Source of the DNA: Basidiobolus meristosporus CBS 931.73 | Lineage: Eukaryota > Fungi > Basidiobolomycota | Assembly: GCA_002104905.1 (NCBI GenBank) | Contig: MCFE01000228.1 | Coordinates: 1-64,000, forward strand | Reading direction: 5' to 3' | DNA: 64,000 nucleotides | Shown: positions 12,985 to 27,035 of the stretch, one piece after another | Numbering within the stretch: the stretch's first letter is position 1 | How the letters are laid out: every line of letters starts with the position of its first letter | Notes under the pieces: generated by a model | Seen by the model: only the letters and a program-made list of their open reading frames with translations | Told to the model about the DNA's origin: nothing | Databases searched by the model: none | Made by a program: the position numbers and the translations under genes

Positions 12985-15101
12985 GTTATTATAGGAGTTG
13001 TAGGTTTTCGTTCACAAAGTAAACAGCGGAAATTCAATCACGAGCAACGCAGGTTGTCAAGAAACCAAAAGGCTGTCGTATCAAGTCTATACAAATGCTA
13101 CAATGAGCGGTGGGGAAATCGAGGCTGTCATGTTGAATATTTATAATAGCACTAACCGAGTATAAGCAGAATGAGAGTCGGGTCTAACCCAATCGTGTGA
13201 TCGATGGAGAAATGTGAGCCATATTTACATCACTCCCACCTATCACTATATTTAGCTAAGGCGGGTGAATATCGACTGGCTGAAAACGAATCTTGTAATG
13301 CTGGCTTAATTAATGAGCTACACCCATTACCCCACCTGCTCCTCGCTCACCCTTTTCTGAAACCGCACTCAATTCCAAGATCCATACACGGCGGGATACT
13401 GCACTATCTAATGACTATTAATAATTCTGAGGTTTACCAATGAATGAGTATTGATTGCTCATGTTGAGGAATAATGGGCTAATTTGTAAACACAGCATCT
13501 CGTCAATTCCCCGCTCGGTTTAGCGCAGCTCATGGATGTGTGGATATTGAAAATTAATTCGATGCAGTATGAAATTCATCGGTGACTAATAGACGGGGGC
13601 GATTGGTAATTGGACATTGCATTAGCTAGGCAGCTTGGGCTTATCGTATGGGCTTAGTTGCCCATCTGTTATGACTGACATCATCCACTGCTTATTTGAT
13701 GAGCTCAAAAGATTGCTAACTCCGGCACAAAGGCACAGCGTGGCATGGGCTGTTAGCTCCTGGAAATTAGGTGGCCGTCATCTTACCAAGCAGTGCAAGT
13801 CGGGCGACTTCTCGTTATAGATACCTCGCCGTTCACGAGGCTATAACAGTAGACACCTCGAAGTGTGACGAAGCCCTGGTCACCGACTACCAAGGAGTTT
13901 CCATAAACAACGGGACCATCTTTTCCCTTCAGGTGTCTGGGTTATGCAATTGAAATCCTGGCTTACGACCTGCATGCCATTAGGCTGGCCAGGCAAATGG
14001 CATCACACGCAACTTTGGGTTCCGCCAAATAATCTCGCCACAACTGCGGCAACATTGACATGACCATTGATATATTTAGGCCCCAGACCTTCAGGTATTC
14101 CTAATGGTACAGGCCGGAGTTCCACGCAACTCTAGGTGGTGAAACCAAATCAATTGGGAGTTGGATTTGTTGAAGGAGCCTGGATTAACCAGCTCTTTCC
14201 AAAATCAAGATTCCTTAAACGAATGACGACCACACGCCCTTCGCGATAGCTCAATGTTTGTTAGGGCAAATGGCAGTACCCAATATCACACACATTAAAT
14301 ATATATTGGATGCGACTCTAGATTGCTCCATATCTACAATGCATCTTTAGCTTGGTTAAAAATAACTTGTTCGGGATCACGTAGTGCATACATAATGTGT
14401 ATGAAACTTCCATTTCCTGAATTGTGAGTTGATTCAGTCATAGAAGGTTAAGGCGCTTTGCATGTCGTTTGAGCTCGCTCGTAATAGGCATACTGTGATA
14501 ACCGGTTTTTGGCCAAGTGGACTTTTCTATCAAATCACATTGTATCACATGTTCTGGTTGACTCGTTGGAAGCACCGCACTAATCCCTCGAAAATGAATG
14601 CGTATTGGCACCATCGATGTGGCACTTCAGCACGAACTTGTTGATGTGAGGAAATGGTGTACGCATGGTGATAAAGTTAGGCAAGTGTGGACGGTCATGT
14701 GCAAAGCTAATTGGGCATTTTCTGTTCTTTTTGGAACCGCGTGACGAAGAGAGGTACCAAGGATGGAAATAATATGATGTTCGGATGAACCAAATGCCAA
14801 GTGGTTAAAGGTTAAGGATATCACGGATCACCAAATTGGTTGTAGAATGAGCGATTGGAGGAAACCCAAATGCAAGATTCTGGAACGCTGACGACAGGCG
14901 GTAACATGTGAAAGATACGATTGATGTGTTTATGTGTGTACATTGACTGGAGATTGAATTAAGAACTTGAGAAGGTCGGTTTTTTTGGTTTTACAATTAT
15001 GCTGTACAAGGTGTCGAGAATCAATGAACTACTAATGAAACTAACTATACAAAATTTCAAGGACGCGTTTGGCCAAGCCAGAGCGGATTCCATCAGAGCA
15101 T

Positions 15102-15404
15102 CTATGATACTGACAAGCGCTTGGCATAGGTACGTCCCCAGAGATTTTGACCAATAGGGGAGCTCGGTGATGACATGTTCCCACAATTGTGTGGTTGATA
15201 ATCAGTCATGAATGAGGGTGACAACAAAGTTGGAGTTTGAGGTGGAGGACGGTACCCACTGACGCTGTGACGGCGGTTTCCGTACATTAGCATATGAGCG
15301 CTGTTGGTTTTGGTCGAGGCATCTTGCAGGCGACATGTCTGGCTGCAATAAAGGCCATCGAAGTCGATGTGTTTGTCACAAACGGTGCACCAGTTAGTGT
15401 CCAT
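15102..15404 (-). CDS. Ecl1/2/3-family small zinc-binding protein, paralog 2
   Basis: MDTNWCTVCDK...LYCSQTCRLQD, the same four-Cys motif; shares RRHS in the tail with paralog 1. Confidence 0.8.
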   Translation of the reverse strand: MDTNWCTVCDKHIDFDGLYCSQTCRLQDASTKTNSAHMLMYGNRRHSVSGYRPPPQTPTLLSPSFMTDYQPHNCGNMSSPSSPIGQNLWGRTYAKRLSVS

Positions 15405-18400
15405 GATAAGCTTTGTTGACTACGGATATAAGGCTTTTCGATGAGCAATAAACGCTTTTGGAAAGTTCGGAGAACTCTAGCTGGCCAATTTCAGGTGTGG
15501 TGTATCGCCTAAGCAATGATGTACTCCATACCCCCAGCCTCTTTTATATGAATCAAAGAAATATGACAATGACTCAAAAATGCTCAGTAAAAATGATCAT
15601 GACATTGGATATGACATTTTGGATCACCAAATATTAATTGGTAATCGTTGGAAATCCATTCATAAGCCCGCCCCAACGTCACTCATTAGGTGAGATTGCT
15701 ACGAATTTGAGAGCATGCTAACCAACCAACTCTCATATTTTATCCTGATTGATACGCAATATATCCTAAAGATTAGGAAAGCCCTCATTTCTTCATTTAA
15801 TTTATCCAGATGAGATGGCAATGGCTACCCAGTGTTGCCATTCAATTCGGTGATATTTGTGACCAAATTGGAATTAATGCGATTGTCAATGTGGTTTGCG
15901 ATTATGCCATTGGCGAGCGAAACAATCTTTACCTGGGAATTCGATCAATATGGTTCGTGATCATGTTATTGGCGATGGAGACTGCCTTTACCTGGGAATA
16001 TGATCTTCAACCACATGTAAGTACTAGGATGAGCTAATGATTAAACCAGGAATATTAACTGACTTTCCACATCGATAAAATGGCATCTCTAGAAGCATAA
16101 ACAGAAAGGCACAGAGGATTGAAATTGTGAAATCGAGGCCGATATGACTCCTCATCATGAATTTTCCGCGCCCATTTGGGCCGAGTTGTGTTTGGTGGCG
16201 AAATCTTCGTAACTTGTTTAGCAGATTAACCAAGTATTGAGACTGCCTTCTAGTTGCCACAATTTCGTTATGGACGCTACCCATGTCGGTAAAAAAAGCC
16301 GCTTGTTTCGGCGGAGCGATTTGGCAGAATTGTCAAACTAACCGATGTGGACCGATCCACATCGTACAGGTTAGCGGCAACATCGTCGTTGGTAAAACTT
16401 CACACATGTCCAAAATATGTAAGCCCCAATGGTCAAATCTGGGCGAACATAATCCATTTTCTATTTTAGAAGCGATCGTTGCTTGCTCTTGGGCGCAGTT
16501 ACGGTGTAACATGAATTCTTCTCCGTAGGCGTAGGGAGAAATAGCCTCGTAGTGTGTTGTATTGCCAGAATCTCAACCGGTTTCAGTGATTTGAGGTGTT
16601 CAGATAGGCTCCAAGTGGTCCGAGCCATCGTAGACACCTAGTACAAGCTTTGCTAGATTCCCACAACACAACCCCATTGTCAGTAGTGTGTCAAAAATGA
16701 AGACTTGTCCTTATTCCATGCATCCGCTACTGAACAATTAGCGTATTATGACATCGGATCCATACTACTATACTGATTTTTAGATGTAGTGGGATGAAGT
16801 TGGTTTTTATCGTCCAAATCTATGCTGTAATATCTAGTATCTGGTGCAAGTTAGACTCCTGTACCCAAATCAAACTGGTGGTACTTTTCTGTTCTTGGAA
16901 ATCTTTGCGCATCTCAAGAATTTCGCTTGAATCCTTCTCGCTTGCACAGGCGAGGTACAATATATATACCCGTGAATACTTCATGCTCTAAGGAGGTGAT
17001 AAATTTCGAAATCTTGCATAGCATTTTTGGTAATTCCTTGAATGTGGAGATGGTGAAAGGTGAAGCCACCCTCCCCCAAAAAAATCCCCAAAATCTTTCT
17101 CCACGCTCCAACTCCGTCAGCTCGTCTGATTTCAAATGTAATTTCCATCATGCGCCTGACAGCCATCTGGAATTACGGAATATGAAGTAATCAAAGCCGT
17201 TTAGTCTTCGAAATTGGCACCCAGCTTTCAAGGGCCTTCCGCAATGCAACCCTATTATCACTCCCGCAAAATCGGAATTCCAGTGGCTTTTCCAACTTGT
17301 AACATCAATCAAACTACACTTGTAATTATTCGGTTACACTTTGAAGTTCTTAAACTCCTCGGTACGCCATCCACACCAATGGAGAAACTATAGACAACTT
17401 ATGCATATACGAGTTGCTCTTTCCTACATAAATGCGATATAGTGTGCCATGAGTAATCATCAGTAAAAGTCATTTGCCATTCCAAGTTACTGGTTCTTAG
17501 ATACAATGTGAGCTTTGTCATGTTTTTGAGTGTTGGCAAAATATATTGACAACATATAAATGAATGCCGCTCACTAGATATAGGCTTAGGAGAGTATGGC
17601 TGAAATGAATGCCCACTATATGAAAATTGAGATGAATACCTAAAGCTAGCCAAAAAAATCTTGGGTATTGTAATGATTGAAGGCACTTAAATTTTTACCT
17701 TATTCTAGAAATGGAATGAAAGCAATAGACAATACGTCTAGTTCAGGCCACTTTATCTGCCACTACCGAGGCCTGCAGTATAACGGGTACATTGGAATTG
17801 GTAGCCCAACAAATTCTTGGAGGGCCTACTTTTCAAGAATTGCCTGAGGCATGTTTCATACAAGGTTGATTAGTTCTGCATCCCAGAAATCAGAGGAACA
17901 GGGCCTTAGGGTGGGATATCAAGGATCAACTTGGCTGGGTCATTTACAAGTTTCATAATCTCGAAATCCTCCGTGCTTACTACCTGAGAGCTGATTTGCA
18001 TAGATTTGATGTCGGTTTTGTACTGAACTACTTGGAACTGGATACATCAGGACTATTGCTTCTGACATTTGGTTCATAAATTCAAAAGGCTCTGACGGAT
18101 TGAGGCTGGCTTTTGGTTAGTGGCCTCCAAGCAGGTGATGCGTCGTTCGATCAAACCCTGGTGTTGGTGATTATGACTGGATTCCCCCATTGACTGTTGG
18201 TGGAAGTACCGATATTCCTAGAATAGAGTTCGTTGTGGGTGATGGAGGGGTGGCTTTGGTGCAATTTGCATGATATGGCTTGTAATAAACATCGATTTTT
18301 GTTTGAATGGTATCATGAATGAGTCAATTTGACAGCACGGATCTATCGAACTTGATACAGCATGACGACGTGTGACTCAAATGAATCACTCTTCTCAATG

Positions 18401-18830
18401 AATTTGGGTGTTACCGCAAATTGATAATCGTCAAATCCAAATTCAATCATCAGATTCTAATGGATTACGAGGTAACTCGTCCATTTCTCCTTGTTTCATG
18501 GTGCTTGCCTGCATATTGGAGTAAGGCAAAGACCAGATGGTTTATTGGGCATCGCTTCCGTTGCCAATAACTACCGGAAACCAGGGAGTAAAGTGACTTG
18601 CAATTCCCTGCAAAGCTTCAAAAATGTCGAGATAAGATGAACTGGATTGCCTTATTCGGAAAATAGGGAATATTGATTCGAGTCACATTGAATAAGTTGT
18701 CCATAAAGATCCCCATCTCATAACGCTTACGTAGATTGAGTGAAGGCCCCATGAGTTTGCAAACTTTAAATAAAGCCGGCGGGCTCCTGAGAACATCACA
18801 AATTCTTTTGGATTCGCAATAAACAGAAAC

Positions 18831-20052
18831 ATGTCCGTTCATCTTTGGCTCAGAGAAGAAACCAAGCCAATGGAGCACAGAGCTGCCCTGTCTCCATCCG
18901 CTTGCAAGACTCTTTTGGAAAAAGGTTTTTATCTTTTATGTTGAAGTTGTCATGATATAGCCTTTATCTAATGCACTGCTAGGTTTCCAAGTCACTGTTG
19001 AAAAATGTGAGCAAAGAATCTTTGATGACAAGGAATACGCCGAGTAAGCACCCGTTCTTTTCTTATTTCTCAGCGGTTTCTGATGGTCTCTTGCTTTCCT
19101 CAGTGCTGGGTGCACCATCGTTCCAGGTGGCGCATGGAAGAATGCCCCCAAGGATGCATACATCATTGGGCTCAAGGAGCTCCCCGAGGAGACTACCCCT
19201 CTAGAACACACACACATCTTTTTCGCACATTGCTTCAAAAACCAAGGTGGCTGGAAGGATATCCTGGGAAGATTTGTTGCCGGGAACGGCACCATCTTGG
19301 ATCTTGAATTCCTTAATGACGAGAATGGTCGTCGTGTTGCTGCTTTCGGTTTCCATGCTGGATTTGCTGGAACCGCAATCGGACTTGATGTCTGGTGCCA
19401 ACAACTTTTGCATCCCAATGAGCCTCTCGCACATGTCAAGCCCTATCCTAATGAAGATAGCCTGATAGCCTATACCAAGGAAAGACTTGCTGCGGCTAGT
19501 GCCAAGAACAACGGCCAATTGCCCAAGGTCTTGGTCATTGGTGCACTCGGACGTTGCGGTAAGGGTGCTGTGGACTACGCTCGTAAGGCCGGAATTCCTG
19601 AAGAGAACATTATCAAATGGGACATGCAGGAAACCGCCAAGGGTGGTCCATTTAAGGAGATTATTGACAGCGATGTGTTTGTCAACTGCATCTACCTTAG
19701 TCACAAGATCCCGCCATTTGTCAGTCAAGAATACTTGGATAACGAGCGTAAACTCTCGGTTATCGTGGATGTTAGCTGTGATACTACCAACCCTAACAAT
19801 CCTATCCCAGTATACTCCATCAATACTACCTTTGACAAGCCCACTGTCCCAGTCAAGACCTCCAACCCCAAGCCATTGGATGTTGTAAGCATTGATCACC
19901 TACCTACCCTCCTCCCAAGAGAGGCTAGTGAAGCGTTCTGCCACGACTTGCTTCCCAGTATTTTGAGCCTGCCAGAACGCCAAAACGCTCGCGTTTGGAC
20001 GGACGCTGAGAAGCTATTCAAGGAGAAAGTTGCATCAATGGACCAAGCATAA
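18831..20052 (+). CDS. LYS1: Saccharopine dehydrogenase (NAD+, L-lysine-forming); 3 exons, introns 18925-18982 and 19044-19103
   Basis: Spliced MSVHLWLREETKPMEHRAALSP...IIGLKELPE...HIFFAHCFKNQGGW...LDLEFLNDENGRRVAAFGFHAGFAG...VIGALGRCGKGA...IVDVSCDTTNP...SIDHLPTLLPREAS. Confidence 0.96.
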
Positions 20053-20838
20053 ATTCAAACATAACCCTCAATAAATACAAATAGAATTGATACGAAATAC
20101 GAAGGTTTCTGTAGTAATTCTGTGTAATTGCAATCACAACATATCTGGACGAGCCTAATAAACTTTTCTCCATTGCTTACATGGCCAACAACATCGAGGT
20201 TTCTTTGCTGACCACTGTCGAGTCTTGAACTAAATGGTAAATGTGAGTGTTACATAAGATCAAGGGACTTGAAACAAAGCACAAAATCATTCAGCCCACA
20301 TTGAACTTCGGCTCTGCTTACGTTGAATACAACGAAGCTCGAAGGCGACTGTAAGATGGAGTATGCCATTCAAATTTTCAATCAAAAATTTCTTTATTTG
20401 TCTTGCGTACAGAAAACCTCAATGATATTCGGTCGGAGAGTACGAATTGTATGTTACAACTAGCTGGATCAGCGTTTGTTCGGTAGCGAAGTTTAAGCGT
20501 TCAGTGAGCCCAAGAGAAATGGAGGATATATTCCCCTGACGGAAGGAGAATTTAACATTATATGTGAATTATGTAGATAATGGACAACGTTGGAGTTTCG
20601 AAAGGCTGTGAGGAGAGGACCCCAATGTAAATATTCTGACGGGGCTAGATTTGATGAATGGGGGAGGTTACCAAAGAGAAATATTGACTATGATACAGAG
20701 AGGATTAGAGCAGAATTATTCAAATCACGCCAACGCGAACCATTGCTGTGAATCGAGTAACCCCGATTATGTAGTTATGGGAAATCTAACAAATATAGGA
20801 TATAGAAATGTGGAAAATTGGCATTCACTTGCCCACTT

Positions 20839-22032
20839 CTACCAACCACTGCCGTAATATCCGGGGCTAGTTGCGAAATGGTATTCGCATTTGGTAGCCA
20901 GACTAGTCATGGACGGCTCCTTATGGAAAGGGCGGCAAAAGTGCTCGTGCTGTTGGCGTTGCCAAAGTACATTCTGGTGCAGGCTTGACGATAACTCTTT
21001 TGCAAGTGAATCATCGTCGTCCTCCTTTTCCGGTGGCGTGTTAAGCGTACACAGACCTTTGAAGACGGACGGCTTCGAATAAGGGATAGAGGTGGGTGTG
21101 CGCTTTTGGAAGAGAGTAGACAGTAGGGAAGTCTTGGGTTGCTCGCATTGGGAAGAATGCTTGGAAACACTGATCTTCTCAAATGCACAATCATTGCTGT
21201 TTGCAGGAGTTGACTGATAGCTAGAAGCTATCGACTCCCAATCTTCATCATCAAGTGTACTTTCTGAACCGTTACTCTCACTAAACTCAAGTGAATTATC
21301 CCTTGGGAAGCGAGCCAACGCCTGTAGATCCATAACCGTTTGTGAGTTTTTTGACTTCTCAAAGACGTGACCACGACACTTCTCATCCTCCAAAGACTCG
21401 GCAAGGAAGAATATTTTGCGCTTTGAAAGGACATCGGGGGTTCTGTCTCGGTTCATATCTTGGATTGCGATGCCGACTTCTTGACTTGGCACTTCCTCAA
21501 ATGTGTTGCAAAGTGTATCAACATCAGAAGCTGGCAATGCTTCATCCATGATGGATAGATCAGTTAGAGGCATAGAAGCATTCTCAGCAATTTCGGGGTT
21601 TGGGGATATCGTATTGATCAATTTATGAATAGAAGTCGAGGAAAGCTGGCGAGGGAGTGAACTGAAAGTCTTTGCCAGGTCGCTTCCCGACATAGGGACG
21701 AATTTGCCACAGCTCTCAGGATTGATTTCGTGAGGGAGCTCACCAACCTCAGCTGAGGCACGAGGCGCAAGCTTTCTTTCCGAAGACGCCTGACGGAACC
21801 ACAAACGCCAGGAAAGATTCTCGAGTCTCTGGCCGTTTAGCAGGTTCTCTTTGCATTTCGTGAAAACTAGGTTCAAGGAAAACTCGCGTTATTACTTGTG
21901 GAAAGACTAGGATATAAATCAGAAAGACCAACCTGCCCACATAGAACACAAATTATCACAATCAATATCCCGCAGTTTGTGAAGGTTGTCTAGTGCAAGC
22001 GTCAATACTGGCTCTGAAAGGATTGTAGGCAT
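20839..22032 (-). CDS. Fungal DUF1752 (AreA N-terminal-like) / DUF3295 domain protein; 2 exons, intron 21867-21932
   Basis: Exon 1 MPTILSEPVLTL...LCSMWA spliced to VFTKCKENLLNGQRLENLSWRLW (DUF1752 signature). C-terminal ELSSSLHQNVLWQR...GYYGSGW resembles DUF3295. Confidence 0.82.
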
Positions 22033-25000
22033 GGTGTGTAGAGGCGTGCAAGCCGCTGCTAAGACTGGGTACGTGGGAAAGGAGGAGCGTAGACAATGCT
22101 GCTAGTTGTTGGAAATAAGAAAGGCGAGTCGAAGCTCAAAGAGTTTTGGCTGGGATGAAAGTGCTTGCGGAAACAGCAGCTTCAGAGTATTGGTAACTAT
22201 TCCTGCGTAGACAAGAGACAAAAGTCATATACACCGCAGAGGGACGGTCGGCTTATATATAATGGCCATCAATCCAGAAATCGAAATATAGAACTAAAAT
22301 ATACTAGTCTTTGAAATATAATTGTACACAGTAGGATCAACTATATGAATATAGAAACCAGGGATTGATTGGAGCAAGTATATGTATCAATGAATGTGAT
22401 GGGTACAAATCCTTCAATAATGGGATCAATAGGCAATGATCTTTCGGCAACTTTCAAACGACCATGTGTGGGTAAATTGATAGGGGATCACCCTGATAAG
22501 AAATGGCTGATTCAGGGAAGTCATGTTTTCATTGCATCTCTGCTATCTAAACCAGCAGACGGTTGATTGCGAGGCAGTTGGTAGTAGCGGGCGAAATCTC
22601 CAGAGCACCCGAGTAGGTTTGGCTTGGCCATGTCAACAGAAGAGTAGAACCTTCTCCAGAGTGGCGACGATTGCGTCGACAACAAATATAGGATACACGG
22701 AGATAATTGAAACTCGAAAATAATAAACCATGACTAAATTGAATTAGACAGTTAGCTTCGGAAGGCTGCTGCATAGATAGGCTATCTGTTACACCAATTC
22801 GGGTCACACTAAATATTCCACGAATGAGATTAGTCGGCAATTCCGGCAAAGATCACTGGATGGTGCGATAAGAGCTTAGGTCTAGTTTTGGAATTTTACC
22901 ACTCCTCACTTAGCGCATGGCCTTGTACGCCATTCTTACCCACCCTCACCAATACCATCCAAAACCCACAGTTCCAGTGGATTTGATGACGGATGCCCAA
23001 TCTTGCCCAAATGGGATCGGTGCGCATTGGTGGATGGCTTGAGTCGGCCTTGTAACAATACCTCGCTGCTACAAAGATTGTTTCCAGAACTGGCCAGAGT
23101 TATGTTAACCGGGATAGCGCAAGCCTGTACATGTGGTTGCAAGAAAGAATGCCAATGACTAGAAGGCAGGTTGTGTTCTGCTTCAGATCCTGTATAATTG
23201 CGCATCATTAAAGATTAGGCATACATAGTATCTTTTCAATCGAATGGTGCTCGGAGTGCGTTAATTGAATTTATGAACACATTGTCCTCCTCCTCAATTC
23301 TCCAATGAAACAGGTTGGTTTGTGGGTATACAAATCCTTAAGAAATATACTACCAGTATCTCTCGCTGCAATACTGCACAACCACATTGGCTGACATCCG
23401 AATAATGCCTGGCATGCCACTGTTTCCTCCATCGTTTCGTATGTAGTACTCCAGCCCATTTATCTGATTAAGATAGTAAACCAGGGCGGATAACGTCGGC
23501 GCTAAAGGCGACTTGCGTTAATGGGATTTGCTTCACGAGTTCGGAGTAGTCTCCGATTGTTGACTAAGCAACGGTAGCGTCGGATGCTTATCATATTACC
23601 AGTCCATGAGTACTGAATCAGTATCCAATCATAGGACTGATCTTTATCCACACGACCACTCAAGATGAATTTGAAATGAAACGACATTATCATGCACAAA
23701 CTGGTGCAAGCCATGTTACTGAAATAAATAACCTGTAGGATGCGATCCAGAAACGCATTCCACAAGGACCCAACACCTTGATCAATCCGGCTGATGGACA
23801 TCGTAGTCAAGCAGGCGGATTAAAGAAGGGAACTAAGCCACCTCGACGGATTCCCATCAGGTATAGCCGTTTGTCAGTACTGGAGTAAGGCCCCATGTTG
23901 TACCAAACGAAAGAAGCGTAGCCCTGAGCGATCGTGTCTCTTGCAGAGCAGTGACCTCTCCAAGCCAGGGCTCAGCGTGGATTGCTGTCGATTTGATTTA
24001 TATTGATCCTGCTGGTGAATAGTCGGTTGCACTCTTCAGATCCATCATTATTTGCCCATGGCGGGCAAACGATTGGTAACTTGCACCAATTCCAAGCGAT
24101 ACTAAAAATAGCAGAAATCCTATTTTTAATTTAACAGGAAAGGCGATTCGGTAGCAATATAGATCAAGGCTATGAATTTGGAGCATCAGCTCTAGACGAT
24201 GTTGGAGGGGGCTATACAACACTGATGTTGTTGTGGCATGCTTCATGTTCCCAACACATACATATCCAGATGAATCAAGTCAGCAGAAAGTGGTGTGGTG
24301 CATAATTCCAGACAAGCCATTGTCGTAAGAGTGAATCTGGCAACAGAGATTCAGTGAAGTACAACAATGAATCTCACTTCTCTTGGCGAAGTGGTCCAAT
24401 CCCACCCCACCTAAGGAATTGAAGTCTCAGGATTGAATCTTTACTACTGTATCGCAGAGCCTGTATCGAGGCAAGCCGTCCAGATAGGCTAAATAAAATC
24501 CCAACAAAAGGTGAAACACGCAGAGTGCGAAGCTATTTAGCTATTTGCATACAAGCCTGACCCTAGGGTCTTAATACTAGTTATACTGAGGCCGTCATGT
24601 GCAACGTAAGCATTTAAATTGACTTGGAAGTGTTTCATACAGTTGGTTATCTCCGTCCAAAGTTGACAACCAGCTGATGACTGGTTGAGTCTTGAAGCCG
24701 ATAGCTCAGGGAACCATCGTGAGCCCACGAATCTGGTAGGATCTTCAGAAACTATCGTCAATATCGGATGCACCAAACCTAGTCTCCTGTATGAAGGATG
24801 AATCGTCAAATATTAGTTTCTCGCATTTTCCCCAGATATGAGACCCTCATTACTATTTAAGGCTGGTTAAGTGACCAAGAGCCAAACACAGCCCAACATC
24901 AGCTCCATGGGCTCTGATTGGATGCTTTTGCTCACGGGAGCAGCTTGTGGCCAGCAGATTGGTGGATGACGGGCATTTGGCAAAGATATGTGGGGGGTAA

Positions 25001-27035
25001 CCAGACTGCATGGTTGCAAAAGGGTTACTTGATGGCAGACGATCATGGGCCATCGTGCTATGGCGAGACCAAATAGGAATGGCTGTTCTCTATCGCTGCG
25101 AACCCCTTTTCTCCAATTTGTGTCAATCGACAATTGAATAGATACGCACTTCCACACCTGATAAAGCTATTCATTGAAAGATAAGGCTTGATTCGAATTT
25201 GGAGCAGCATGAATCACATTTATCAAATGACTGCAACATACTTTGCAACCCTGGTGATGATGTGAAGCATAAGGCAACTGAGCAGTGGTTCAGCATCCAA
25301 TCGAGTCGCCAAATGCTATCTCACTAATGAAACAAACATTGCAGCACTGGTGAATTTACTGATAAGGCTCAGTCGAAATATACTACAGTCTGATGTGCTT
25401 CACTAAGAAACAGGTGATTGTAGAAACAACACCACACATAAATAATGATCGCATTATGACTACCAATGTTGTATATCAACACAGTGTTATTCAACGCCCT
25501 AAATCCAATCAGAGCATAAGTTTACACCAGGTTTACCTCTGTCGTCGATGACTTGGCTTGCGAGCTTATACAAAGCAAATCAAGTCTATATATACGTAAG
25601 CAACCTAGCCGCCACCATCCAATGGATGAGGTATGTGTAGAGAATTATTACACAACCATGTTTACCTCAACTTCAGTTGAAGGCAATTTCCCATGTGTTT
25701 CTTCCGCTGGGAAGCTGGCTCTGGATACGAAACCTCATGAGGGGAGTGATTGCATCTATCTGGGGCCCCTATATGAGGTAACTTGGGAATCATGAAATAT
25801 TTCCAATCACTCACTGAATGGTGAGAGGTAAATGCAAACCTACGTGGTAATAATGAACTCCCAGGTATATACCCCCTTACAATGATGGGCATCAATGTTT
25901 TACCTCTTTCCTATCATGTCTTGAACAAAGACAACCAATTTCGGAGAAATTGTGATGGTAGTGCAATGCCGGGGTAAGGCAATTCGCAACTATGCTAAGC
26001 CTCACGTACAATATGAGAAGTTCAGGAAGGACAACAGCCATTTGTTGAGGTTAATGAAGTTCTGATTTAGTGTGCTACTTTTGGAACGAATAGTGGCTCG
26101 CTGTTTCTATTTGTTACTAGAAGCATCCTGTGTTCGTCGCCTTCTAAAAACAGGGAAACTTCGCCTATTGAGGATGGTTGGCTTTTTTTCAACAAAAGCG
26201 ACTTGGGCCATCCCTTGATGTGACTAAAGGAAAGGGATATGATTGGATTCTCCTGCTCACGAGAGAACGTGTAACTCCTGCTGATTGGTGAACACTTGTC
26301 ACCTGGGGTTCTACAAACAACCATTCATTATTTTGTCATACAAGGACCCTGATTTTGTGGATGTTTTTGGCAGTGATGGTTTTTAGGGTGATCAGGTGGA
26401 CACAGGTAGAAGGGCAAGCAAGCATAGTCAAAGGAATCCCATCAATGTGTATGAAGTACGTCACGATATAGTATACAACATTTATGCAGATGCGGCTGTA
26501 CTACACTTCAGTCGCTTTCAATATACGGTTGATGAAGTGAAGCGCATCATTCATGTTCCGTATTTTCTTTTTACATTCTCACTGTTATACAAGTCATAGA
26601 ACCATAGCATGCATCTGTATTCTCATTTCCTTTGCCGCATAGTCACGAGCTCTGGTACACTAGTAACCTTGTTGATAATTCTAGACATTGCAAACTATTG
26701 CTGGAGACACAAATCCATCCGTTTTGCATTTGGATTCGACATATATGAAGCATAATTCCAATGGCATGAGAACTTCCCTCTCGTGTGTCTTAGAAAGAAG
26801 ATCGGTATCCCACAGATAATCATTAGGAGTTTGAAAGCAGTAAACTTGTCTCTCCAGTATCAGGAATATGCTACGTAATACACCTTTCCTTCTAATGATT
26901 ATGAAGCTATTGAAGAGAATATATTGAATGATTTTTCTAAAATGTTCCATTCGGATCATCGCTCAATCATTTTGAACTATACATGAGAATTGCTAGATGA
27001 TTGCATCCAGAAACAGGGAAATTCATTAGTTGTTG

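Noticed and set aside
17800-18500. Minus-strand Pro/Ser/Gln-rich open stretch without a start codon
   Set aside because: No recognisable motif and no consistent splice model; at best a decayed gene.
18936-19899. Antisense ORFs of 167 and 232 aa over LYS1, and 211 aa over ATP3 (10737-11372)
   Set aside because: Typical antisense shadows of strongly codon-biased, highly expressed genes.
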